From Podarcis muralis (Eukaryota), in contig NC_135664.1 in assembly GCF_964188315.1 (NCBI RefSeq), forward strand, positions 51,522,001-51,586,000: a stretch of 64,000 nucleotides of DNA. The letters run 5' to 3'. Of this stretch, positions 38,605-49,813 are shown piece after piece (the stretch's first letter is position 1; each line of letters opens with the position of its first letter). Below the pieces are notes generated by a model that saw only the letters and a program-made list of their open reading frames with translations, was not told the origin of the DNA and searched no databases. The translations under genes were made by a program, and so were the position numbers.

Positions 38605-39710
38605 CTGCTGAAGGTGGCCCTTGGATCCTTCTGGGCAGAAAGGAATATCAAAGACTTTCAGTTTCAGCTGAGCCATGCTTAAGCAAGAAGGTCATAGGGG
38701 GACATAGGAAGCCACCATATACGGAGTCAGACTGTTGGCGCAATTTAGTTCAGCATTGTATACACTCCTGGGAAAGCCTTCTGACAAAAACATCTTCAGT
38801 AGGTGCCTAAACACTGGGTGCCTGTCTAATTCCTGCTGGTAATCTATTCCAGAGGGCTGGCACTGTGACACTAAAAAGCCAGTTTCTAGTACAAAGTAAT
38901 TGCACCTTTGAGGCATGTGATACTCTGAGCACTGCCCCATCTGAGTTCACTTGCTAGACAGGGATATACTGTATGTGACAAGGTGGATCCATTAAGTCAC
39001 CTTGCCCCAAGTTGTTGAGACTTGCATACTGCCTGAAAGTCCGAAATGTAAAATCACTGCACAACTACAATGTTCATGGAGGATGACCTCAACATTCACC
39101 CATGTTCAGTGTTGTGCTTCTCCATCCAACAGTCACCTCTGGACAAAACTGATGCCTAACTAGCTGGAGCTCTGGACATGCCCTGAGGCAGCAAGCCCTT
39201 AAAAAAAAAAAGAGTACCTGGAGAGGAATTTTGCCAGCTATTTCTGACAGCAAGTACCAGGCAATCTGATAGCAACAGGTCATTGTGCCACTTGATGGGA
39301 ATGGCAAATTTGCCAGGTGAGGGGAGCATCCGTCTCAGCATTGCTTGCTACAGATGAGTGAAACACTAAAGCTTTTGATATAATATGTACTTATATCTGG
39401 TGTCATTTGTTCACTTTGTGGATGATTAAGTGCATATCACTCCAGAGCTCTCCTCCCTCAATAGCGGCATTCACAATACAACAAAGAAGAAAGTAACTGA
39501 AGATCAACTTGGGGGGGGGGACGATTTTCAAGCATCATTTTTTATGTCTGAAAGCATCACATTTGCGGAGTACACAACAGATTCAGGAACAATAAGTGAT
39601 CATTCTAACTGTCAAAAGGAAACATGTGTTCCTTTACTAAGACAGGCACTTCCATGTGATTCAGCCATTTTTTTCTGGATTCAGCCCCTGATTCAACTAT
39701 TTGTTGAGGG

Positions 39711-40143
39711 CAAGGATGGGAGAACCTGTCAATTTCAGTTTTTCTCAATTTGTTATTTTTCTACTCTACAGTTCTCCACATTTCCATACCAGTTTGCATT
39801 AAAAAGGGGGGGGGGTCTCATGAACATTCGTAGACATTTCAGTGTGAATTTCTCCTCATACACACATTTTTGTATGCAACCTTGCCTAATATACTCATTT
39901 TGGAAAGCATTTTCTAAAATAATCAATTTTTGTCTCTTATTTTCACTAAGACATGCATTTTTATGCACCTTCGTATATGTATTTTTTGTATACATTACAA
40001 GAGAACTGCATTGCGAAATTCAGAGAAGTACAAATTTCAAAAGATAGCTAGCTGCATTTCAGTTTGTACATTGTTTCGGAAAGGGAAAATTAGGTAGGTT
40101 CATATTTAAACATGAATTGAGTAGAATTTCTTCCCCATCCCTA
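39711..40143. mobile_element. Putative old non-autonomous DNA transposon (TAGGGATGGG-type ends)
   Basis: Imperfect TIRs CAAGGATGGG and CCCATCCCTA, decayed 8-bp flanks. A related partial copy starts near 52359. Confidence 0.5.
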
Positions 40144-40256
40144 GTTATGGTATAGAACTTTCCTCTTCAATTCCAATGGAGAAAGCAGTTTTACACAAAT
40201 ATTTATCTTAGCATTGTGATAATCTCTGCAGTCTCTAGTGTCACCATTGATCTTTG

Positions 40257-40445
40257 AGAGTCAGTGTGGTATAGTAGTTACAAGTGTCAATCTAGGATCA
40301 GTGAGACCCACAGTCACAAACTTCACTGGGTGACCCTGGGCCAGTCACTAACTCTCAGATAAACTATCTTGCATGGTTCTTACGAGAATAAATGGGGGTG
40401 CTAAATATGCCATGCCAAAAAGGCAGATATAAATGAAATGAATGA
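40257..40445 (+). mobile_element. tRNA-CORE (MIR-like) SINE, degenerate
   Basis: GAGAGTCAGTGTGGTATAGTAG head, CTGGGTGACCCTGGGCCAGTCAC core, GATATAAAT tail. Confidence 0.7.
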
Positions 40446-43400
40446 AAATAAAATTATGCAATGTCAGTATAATTCATGGCCTCAGAATGATTACTTCTCT
40501 TCCAGTAACCAAGCTGAAACCATGGAAATGTAATAACAAGTTGGTCTGCCCACACTTGGGATAGTCTCATACTTTATGTTTTATGACACACCTTAGAAAT
40601 GCAACATGTGATTCTTAAAAGTACATGTCTAATAACAAACATTCACTGGCAATAGGCACCTATTCCTTATTCTCATGGCTCCTTCAGTTATTGCTGAGAC
40701 TTTTCTCTGTGCCAAACTACACATGATGTTAAATATATGTACATATTTATCTATTGCTCTATCTATGTCATTTATATACCTTAGATAAGCGTTTCCAGGC
40801 AGTATACATAAAAACAAACCATAAATAGTAAAACAATAATCATTCACCATAAAGCCAAATATCAAACTGATCACTACTTTAAAATGCCTGCTGGAATAAG
40901 AAAGTCGTTGCCATGCACCTGAAGTTCAACAAGGAGGGTGCCAGTCGGATCTCATTTTGGAGGGACCACAGCTACGGAAGCATGTTTTTTAACTGTTATG
41001 AGCTGTGCAGCTTAGCCCCAGGAGGAAAATTTCCATTGGCATCAATGGAAAATTTCCCTTCTGGCACTAACAGTAGGGGAAATACCCATGTGTCACAATC
41101 TCTACCCCTCTCCCATGGTTGCTATTTAAAGATTAAAAAGTGTGCACATTAAATGCCTATAGGCATTTGACTAGCATGGCATCGTTTTCAGGTGCCTTCC
41201 CACTTGCCAAGGCCATGGCACACTTTTGTTTGCATGGGCTGTATGTCAAGCTACCTGTATCTGGAAATCCTGAGAGACATTTGTTCCATGAACACACAGC
41301 TCAGGATAGAGTCTCCTCCACTGTGACATTTGCTTGTCCTTCTCTGTGATCATCTTGGCGTCTGGTGCCTTAAAGGGAGTGGGGACAACATCAGCTGCAC
41401 CAGTGCAAAGGTTTTCCCTCACTCCTCTCATACATCAAGCAAAGCCAAACACCGTTTCCATTTATTGAACAGGTCAGTCCAGTACTTACTTGCACAGCAG
41501 TCTTGGCTGCTTTTCAGCACTGAACTCTTTTGTCGAGTTCCTTGAAAGTTTTGCTCGTTTATCGGTTTAAATGGGCTGCTTACTTTGCTTTAATCACTGG
41601 CACAACCTTTGTTTGAGCAGGTCTCAAACCCAGCCTTGTAGAAGGTCTTCATCTAGTTAAAGGGAGCCACAGCTGTCTCACAGATGCCTTTGTTAAAGGA
41701 GCCTGGGATTCAAGCGCTCACCATTGGTCCATATAGTTCAATATTGTCTACCAGACATTGAATCTGGGGCCTTCCATAAGCAAATCAGATGCTCTACTAC
41801 AGAGCTATGGCCCTTCCTGCAGGATGCCATGAGTGAAAAAGCTGGCAGAAGACAGATGGGGTGTTCTGGCCCTCCATTCCTCCACACCAATGCAAATAGC
41901 CATCAGGCTGTTGGAGAAGAGGCCAAGTTTTTATCCCACCTCTGTCAACCCCCAACCGGCTAATTTTAAAAAATGCAGGCTAGTAACTTTAGTAGACTTA
42001 TTTACAAGGCTGTTTTAAAGAGCCCCAGACTTTGTAAACATTCCCTTGGAGGACTCTTTAGATATTATCTGCTTGATAGTCTCTGCTTGACAGTCCCAGA
42101 TGCCTTCCAGATTTTCACACTGCGAGTGTTGAAGCAGAGCTGCTGTGAGCATTGACTAGGGTGCAGTTAAATTAATAGACTAAAAACCTTTTTAAAAAGA
42201 CACAATTGTAAACACACTTTCTAGGCTAGAGACTAAATTTCACTGAACTCAATAGGCTTGTCTCCTGAGTAAACATGTTTAGGGCTGCATTATAAAAAGG
42301 AATTCCTAATTAATCAGGAAGCAAGTTTTTAATTAAAATTTTGAATATTTTTGTGTTTATTTATTACAAAAAAAAATCTATAATCTGAGCCTCAGAGACT
42401 CAGAAGGGCCCCTCTCTAGACCACATTTCACAAGGGTAGGGTATTGCATTCTGGGTAAATTAAGATGGAAAGCATCCACTGCAGATGGGAGCCAGTATTA
42501 GATCCCAATTCAAAAGCAGCACCTCCGCCCAGCCATCAAAGAGAGATGCCCAGGAGTCTCTGGGGGTGGGTGGTCATTGATGATGATGCTTCCACCAGCA
42601 CAGCAGCAGGAATGACAGAGGGGGGAAATATTGCACAGCCACATGGAGGGGGTGTTGGGGGACTGGGAGCCCAGTGGCAGCGCAGTGTTGAGGATCCTCT
42701 CAAGTCTGGTACTAGCCCTGTAAATAACCAGTCCTGTTATACAGGACAGTTTTGCCCTGCCTGACAGATTGCTCACCATGTATGGAGAACACATCATCAA
42801 GCTAGTTTTATTTGGTTAGCTCAGAAACAGTAAAGTATTTGAGCTGTTCTGAGCATTCCCTTGCTTTCAGCAGATGACAATCCTGGAAGTTATAGGAATA
42901 AATATTAGAGCTACTGTTCCCCAATTATTATTTTTTTAAAAATCTTGGATGAGATTATCTGCATACATTTGCTTATGTCTAAAACAATGGTTTGGAAGGG
43001 AAAAGGCATAATTTTAAAATGATGTGCATATTTATTTTAAAAAAGTTAATTGTGTTAAATTTAGAACATTTCAAAGTGGTATACAAGAATTTAACACATC
43101 TGTATATAATAAAAAAGCAGTTCTTACCATTCATATAAAATAACAGTATGCACAGCTGTGATCAATCCTCTAAGAAGGCTTGTCTAATTTTTTTAAAAGT
43201 CTTCAGTGGGCATCAAAAACCTAGTACAGCTGGTGCCTGCCAAATGTCCACCAGGTCAGATTTTCCACAGGTCTGGTTTTGCAGCGCCAAAGGCCCTGCT
43301 CTGAGATACTATGGGAGGGTTTCTAGAAAAGTTGCTCAATATGACAGCTTTTAAAATAGCTGAAGCAGCAAAATTCATGCAAAAACACCAAAACTATATT

Positions 43401-43465
43401 ATACATGTATAACTATGTACTAGTAAGCAGAGCAAAGGCTTTTTATCTTATTTAGGGTCCTCGCT

Positions 43466-43996
43466 GTGAGATCACATTCATCCGGTGCTATACCAGCTGC
43501 ACTGGCTCCCGGTGGAGTACAGGATCAGGTATAAGGTGCTGGTTTTAACCTTTAAAGCCCTTTACGGCATAGGACTCTCGTACCTACGGGACCGCCTCTC
43601 CTGGTATGTCCCACGGAGGAACTTACGATCTTCAAACAAAAACATCCTGGAGGTCCCAGGCCACAGAGAGGTTAGGCTGGCCTCAACCAGAGCCAGGGCT
43701 TTTTTGGCTGTGGCTCCGATCTGGTGGAACGCTCTGCCACAACAGACTAGGGCCCTGCGGGACTTGACATCTTTCTGCAGGGCCTGCAAGACAGAGCTGT
43801 TCCACCAGGCCTTTGGCCAGGGCACAGCCTGACTCCCTCCTTTGGCAATCTTCACAGAACTCTAGCCCAATGGTTGCCATCAATTTGATTTGAATTAATT
43901 TTATAATTAAATGATTTTAGAATGCTGCATTATTTTATTGTTGTTGGCCGCCCTGAGCCCGGCTTCGACTGGGGAGGGCGGGATATAAATAAAAAA

Positions 43997-44043
<47 letters not shown>
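43466..44043 (+). mobile_element. L2 LINE 3' end with (TTA)n tail
   Basis: Peptide LHWLPVEYRIRYKVLVLTFKAL...YLRDRL...RAF..VAPIWWNALP...KTELF (ORF 43485-43832), then GGGCGGGATATAAATAAA and a TTA run. Confidence 0.9.
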
Positions 44044-44047
44044 TATT

Positions 44048-44499
44048 GTATTAAAACATATATATCCCACCTTATTTCCAAGGAAGTCAAGGGGGCATAC
44101 AGCATTCTCTCTTCCCTACTTGATCCTCACGACAACCTGGTTGTCGTGGCTAAGTTGTTTAGGCTAAGATTCTGCCACTGGCTCAGGGTCACTCCAGGTG
44201 AGCTTCGTGACTAAGTGGAAATTTAAAGCCTGGTCTCCTAGGCCCTAGCCCAGTGTTTCTCAAACTTGGGTCTTCAGATGTTGTTGGGACTACTAAACTC
44301 CCACCAGCCCTAGCTAGCAGGACCAGTGGTCAGGGATAATGGGAGTTGTAGTCCAACCACTGTGGTATAGTGGTTAGAGTGTTGGGCTAGCTGTATTTCT
44401 CTAACTTGGAACTCCAGTTGTTGGACTAAACAGCTGGAGTTCCAAGTTAGAGAAACACAGCTAGCCCAACACTCTAACCACTATACCACACTGGCTCTC
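44048..44499 (-). mobile_element. tRNA-CORE SINE interrupted by a hAT MITE and an inverted duplication
   Basis: Head at 44461-44499 (GAGAGCCAGTGTGGTATAGTGGTTAGAGTGTTGG on the minus strand). Body resumes at 44250 and runs to the GGTGGGATATATA tail. Confidence 0.75.
44251..44460. mobile_element. Non-autonomous hAT MITE, rearranged internally
   Basis: TIR-like ends CAGTGTTTCTCAAACTT and AAGTTAGAGAAACACAG. Inserted at a CTAGCC site in the SINE head, with an imperfect duplicated target. Confidence 0.75.
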
Positions 44500-44646
44500 C
44501 AGTGCTGGGCATACAAAAGGTTCAATCCCTGGCATCTCCAGTTAAAAGGACCTGGTAACTGAGGTAGGGGAGACATAATGCTGGTCAGGGTAGACAATAC
44601 TGAGCTGGATAGATAGTCTGACCCTGGTACAAACCAGTTTCCTATG
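44500..44646 (+). mobile_element. Degenerate SINE with CR1-type tail
   Basis: B-box remnant GGTTCAATCCCTGGCATCTCCAG and a tail ending GGTACAAACCAGTTTCCTATG. Confidence 0.5.
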
Positions 44647-46157
44647 CACAAATAAGAACAGTCCTCTTCCACTGATGTGAAGATGCATTCCACATCACTT
44701 GCATAACCCCATAGCTGCCAAATGCAAAACACAGGTACTTTTTGTAACCTGTGCCCAAGCTGCTTTTGAGAACATTCTAGGTGTTTTATCTCATTCAGTC
44801 CCTTTTGAGTTCTGAAGAAAGAAGCAGCTTAAGTCAGGAAATTAACATCTGATTCTCAGAAAGTATCCAGGTTTTGTACTAGGTTGCCATCACCTACAAA
44901 CAGAGTCAGAAGAATATTATGCCTTAGAAATATCTGTCCGCGATGCAGCTAAATGTGTCACAGTTGCTTTTAAACTTAAATTAAAAGCTAAAACTCAACT
45001 ATTATTTCAACATTAAAGGAAGAAAAAAGTTACCCTGCAGCAGATCTGTGCCACTTGGAATCCTTTCGAAAAGCGACTGATCAATTTTCAAAGTGCGTTA
45101 TGAAAGGACACTACAAAATACTGTTATAAATGTCTTCCTGTTATTTCTCTATTAAAGATAGGAAGGAGACAGACAAAGCCTACTGATGTGAAATCAGCAG
45201 GAGCTTTGCCCACTTAAAGTTGAAATCTGCTTCTTGATTCCGTCCTGAGGTATAATGTCACATTAGAGTGGAAGGAGGGAACTTTTTGGCCCAGTGGGGT
45301 AAGATTCTTATCTCTTCCCATCCCGCAGGCCAACTTTGGCAGGTGGGCAGAACAAGCTACCTGTTAATTACCTGATATCATATTGACATCAGGTTACTGA
45401 CAGCTGTCAAAGTCCCTTGCGCGGAGTCTCCCAAATGCCCTACAACCAGCTTGAAACTGCTGTGCAGGGGTTTTGCCAGCCCTATGTACATTTGGCAGTT
45501 GGGAAGTCCCAAGCATAGGGCTTGCAAAACGCTTTCTTTCCCAAGCACCCAACAGCCTGCTGGTTGATTAGAGCTTTCTGATTCATGGTTAGAGGTTTCA
45601 TAGTTAACCTTGTGCAAAACAGTTAAGTAAATTAACAACTTGGAAAACAGGCACCATGTGGCTCTGTAATGATAAACAGAACATAACTCTCAGTGGTGAC
45701 CATCCTTATTTTTGGCAAGTGTGCTGCATCAAATCCAAAGCATGAAGGAGTGCACTTGATAATCATCACTTCACAACCATTTCCTCCACTTCCTAAGGAT
45801 AGTTTTGCCCTAGTGCTGGAGAAGCAGTAGGTAAGTACCGTATATAAGCTTAATGGGGTGCCATCCCTCTGAGGGGCTCCCTTGCTCCTGTCCAAATTGC
45901 CATACACACCTGCTTTCTGTTTCATATGTGGTACCCATGCTTCATACTGAAGTCCGCAAGGACTGTTTTGTGGGACACTTCCTCTTCATCTCCCCACCAA
46001 CACTGAGGTTCCCTTTCACTCATGCTCTATCTGCCCCCATCAAGATTGTCAAGATGGATACATCCTGTGGTGAAGGGGAGGCTTACTTCACATGGCTCTG
46101 TAATGATGCTTTGAGGACCAGTTCCCATTGCCCATTCTGTGTCTTTTACTAAGAAGG

Positions 46158-46375
46158 TAAGAACCCTGCTGGGTTAGGCTGGTGGCTCATCTAGTCCAGG
46201 ATCCTGTTCTCATGGTGGCCAACCAGATGTCTATGCAAAAGCCTACAAGCAGAACCTGGATGCAACAGCACTTTCCCACATGTGAATATTTTCAGCCACT
46301 GATACTGAGAGGCATACTACTTCCAGTACCGAAGATTGCACACAGCCACCATGACTTGTGGCCATTGATAGCTTT
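46158..46375 (-). mobile_element. CR1 3' end fragment
   Basis: TAAGAACCCTGCTGGG...CATCTAGTCCAGGATCCTGTTCTCATGGTGGCCAACCAGATG, same family as 25443. Confidence 0.55.
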
Positions 46376-47859
46376 GTGTGACACTGCTGAATGCTGTCCA
46401 TTGAAAGTGCAAGGAAGGTTCCTCCCCAAAACAAATATGCAAAAAAAAAACCAAATCTTAAAAACATACTCATTTTAAGATAATCTTTTGTCATCAGCAT
46501 TTCCCATCAGTTTTAACAGCTACACTAGGAACTAGTCCAAACCCTCCTTTTAGAAGTTCAGAATGAGCTACCTGCCTTTTCTGCTAAGTTAAGAACAGCT
46601 GCATGTGGTCTGTTCCAAAGGCTGGGGCCTAGGATGTGCCCACATATGTGCCACAACCATATACCATCTGCCAAGTTCATGGTTGCTCAGAGGGGACCAG
46701 AGACCTTCAATGCAGTCTAACAATTTCCGGTTCCTCCCCCCCCCTCCCCCCAGAGAAGCTTGTGAGGTGAGCCCTACAGGTTCCCCAAATAGAGAAAGGT
46801 CTAAGCTAGAAATAAAGAAAAAGAGATAGTTGACAACGCAAAAGCAATTTGTAAGTGCAATCTTGTTTCTGCCCCATCTTTGTCATTCCAGCACAGGACC
46901 AAAACACACAAAAGAGAGAGAGAAAAAGAATTTCAAATTAACATGGAAATGGCTTCTAAAAGGTGGGGGGGACACAAATCAAATCAAACAGGCTCTGTGA
47001 TGACTGTCTTATAAGCATCCGGTCAGTCATAACTGGAACCCTGGGTAGCTCAGCCCTAAGCAGAAGTGAGTCCACCTGTGTTCAGTGGCTCTTACTCACA
47101 GGAAAACATGTGCAAGGTTTCATCTGCTCACTCTCTCTTCAGGCCATGTGCCAATTAGTCCATAAACATTCACCAGTTCTAGTAATTTATTCCCCCACCC
47201 ACCAGGTATTGTGGCATTTGATGACATAAAATAGGTTCTAGAATAAGTTTTGAAAAATAAACCTTCTCCAGTTGTTTTCTGTATTGTATTTTATTTCAGA
47301 TTCACATGCAGACCTTCTATCTTTCTTTCTTCTTTTTAGCTTTCTGATGCTGCTGAAAAACTTGGCATCCTCTCAGCAAAGGAAACATTGCTCAACTCTT
47401 CAAGGATTTGCCAATCGCCTCTGCAGTGCATTGCAAGTGGCTCAGCAGGTTTTTAATATATATTTTTGCTAATCATCCACCTTGTGTTTCTAGCTCTGTT
47501 AATAAAAAAAGAAGATGGCACATGTGGCTGAGTGGGGATTTGAATTCAGCTTTAATAGATATCACTTCAATTCACAAACTACTGCCATCATAGCTTACTG
47601 GAACATTTGCCAACCTGATACAAAAAAAATCTGGAGGGCACCAGATTATTTATTTACATACACACCCCACACACAGTTTAACATGAAACATTTCTATGTA
47701 GTTTACATAAAACACAGTAAAATGCTTAAAGAAGAAAATGAAATGTATGTACCACATTAGAACACAAAAAAGAAAAGAAATAACATCAACAAAAGCAGAG
47801 TATCCATCAGTAAAAAAAAAAATCACTAAAACAGAGCAGTGCACTGAATTTTGTGAACC

Positions 47860-48365
47860 AGAGAAATCCTGCACAATTAGATGGATCTTCAGAAAGCATT
47901 TGAAACTTGCCACTGTTTCCTCCTCATAAACACCATGTAGGAGAGTGTCCCAGAGAGTAGGTGCCACTACTGAAAAGGCCCACTTTCAAGTTATCATATG
48001 ATGACATTCTGCCAATTACAGATATTATGAGCAAGGCCTCATTGGAATATCTGAGAGACTGGCCAGGGAGATAATGAGGAAGGTGAGGAAGGTGGTCTCT
48101 TAGGTTTCCAGATCCCAAGCTATTTAGAGCTTTACACATCAGTAATGAAAACTTGAACATGGCTTGATACCTAACAGGCAGGCAGCGCAGTTATTTCAGC
48201 ACAGCTGTGGTGTGTATATAACTATGGGTCTCACTGAGCACCCTAGCTGCTGCATTCTGTACTAGCTACAGCTTCCAAACCAAGAACATCAGTAGCCCAC
48301 ATACAGTGCCTTACAGTAGTCTAACTGTGATATTGTCTGGACCACAGTAGCACTAACACAGTCAC
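47860..48365 (-). mobile_element. Degenerate L2 LINE fragment
   Basis: Peptides SQLDYCKALYVG and FKFSLLMCKALNSLGSGNLRDHL resemble the L2 ORF2 C-terminus. Boundaries approximate. Confidence 0.7.
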
Positions 48366-48870
48366 TGTCTGGAGAGCAACTGAGTGACAGTACAGGATTT
48401 GGGCGAAGAAGGTACAAAGACAAGAATCTAAAGAAATGGAGGAACAGAGGAAGTATGGACCAAAGGGGAAAGGTGGGCAAACTTAATTGGGAAGGACAAC
48501 TGGAGCTGGTACTCAACCACCCATTCAGACACTGCCCATCTTCACACACAAATTTCTGGGAATGTAAGTTTGAGATATTGAGCAGTTACAGGAACCTGCC
48601 TTATACCAGGCCAGATTATTTGTCCATCTAGACTAGAAGTTGCCAATGTGGTTCACTCCACATAATGTCAAGTTTCAGCTCCCATCAGCCCCAGACACCA
48701 TGGCCAATGGCCAGATATGATGGCAGTCATAGTCAAACTGCCTATGCTGATCCAGTTACTACTGGATGCTTTTAAGTGGAGATGCTACAAACTGAATGGG
48801 GCACCTTGTCAATGTGACACATATGCTCTACCACTGAGCTACAGTCCTCACCAGCCATCAGACCTGTATT

Positions 48871-49041
48871 CAGTGCTTTTTTCTGGGGGGACGTAGGGGT
48901 ACGTATCCCTCTAAACATTTTGTGAATCTTTGTACTTTTGTCTATTTACTGTATTTATTTTTCCCGATTTGAACTATAAAATGGTGGTTTTCTTGTGTCA
49001 AAATGAAGTACCCATTTTTTTAGAGGGGGGAAAAAGCACTG
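48871..49041. mobile_element. 171-bp hAT MITE
   Basis: TIR CAGTGCTTTTT and AAAAAGCACTG, perfect 8-bp TSD CCTGTATT at 48863-48870 and 49042-49049. Confidence 0.9.
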
Positions 49042-49783
49042 CCTGTATTCATGCTTTGAACTTCTTTAGTATCAGACATGCCACTTGTGGGGGTCACCAA
49101 GAAGGCACTTCTGAGTTGTTTTACTACACCACCTTCCTTGCACTTTTATTATGTTTTGTCTTCAGAGAGTTTCCTAGGTTTCTGCCCAGTAGCACTGAAA
49201 CAGCTACACAGTCTGAGTGCCCAGGGCAAAATTAAATTACCTTTTTCTTCTTCCGCCATAGTGATTGTTGTTTTTTTTTACGTCCCACCGCTCTCAATTT
49301 TCAGTAAGTGACTCCAGTTTCCCCCTTCTTAAATGCCCTACCAATCCTTGAAATTTATTGGTGGTACCAGGACTAAAAAAGACAATACAAAATGGCACCC
49401 CCTTCCCAAAGTCACAATGCAAAGTTTCAAGGCACAGGAAAGGTTGCTTTGGCACCTTAGGCAAAAAAATTCCCACAGGCACATCTCCACCTCCCTGGCA
49501 GTAAAAATGCAAGAACAATACATTAAACAAGTCTCAGTTTGCTGCCCCTTCCTGTCACCCTATTTAGCTGCCTCTCTTTGCCTAACAAGGTCCTTATATA
49601 ACATGTCATTTTTCAGAACTCCAAGTGCAACTGGACCAGGTTGCTTTAGGAAAGCAATGGAGGGCTATTTGGGGCCTCAGATCCTCTGGACAATGCTGAT
49701 GATGTGTTATGAACAAAGCAGAGGATTTCTTTAAATGAGCTGTCTGCACTGATATTTGTCTGAACAGCTTAGGAATTCCTTAC

Positions 49784-49813
49784 CTCTGTGAAAATCAGTT
49801 TGGCTCGACCAAG
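49784..49813 (-). other. Candidate 30-nt cassette microexon of an unidentified host transcript
   Basis: Minus strand: ttgcatgtcttttcag|CTTGGTCGAGCCAAACTGATTTTCACAGAG|gtaagg. Length is a multiple of 3 and two frames are open. Confidence 0.3.

Noticed and set aside
39430-40047. 205-aa ORF as a gene
   Set aside because: It starts at GTG, overlaps an AT-rich decayed DNA transposon, is Phe/Cys/Ile-rich as expected from T-rich DNA and shows no domain.
45798-45830. 33-nt plus-strand microexon (aag|GATAGT...CAGTAG|gtaagt)
   Set aside because: Good donor, but an AAG acceptor and stop codons in all three frames.
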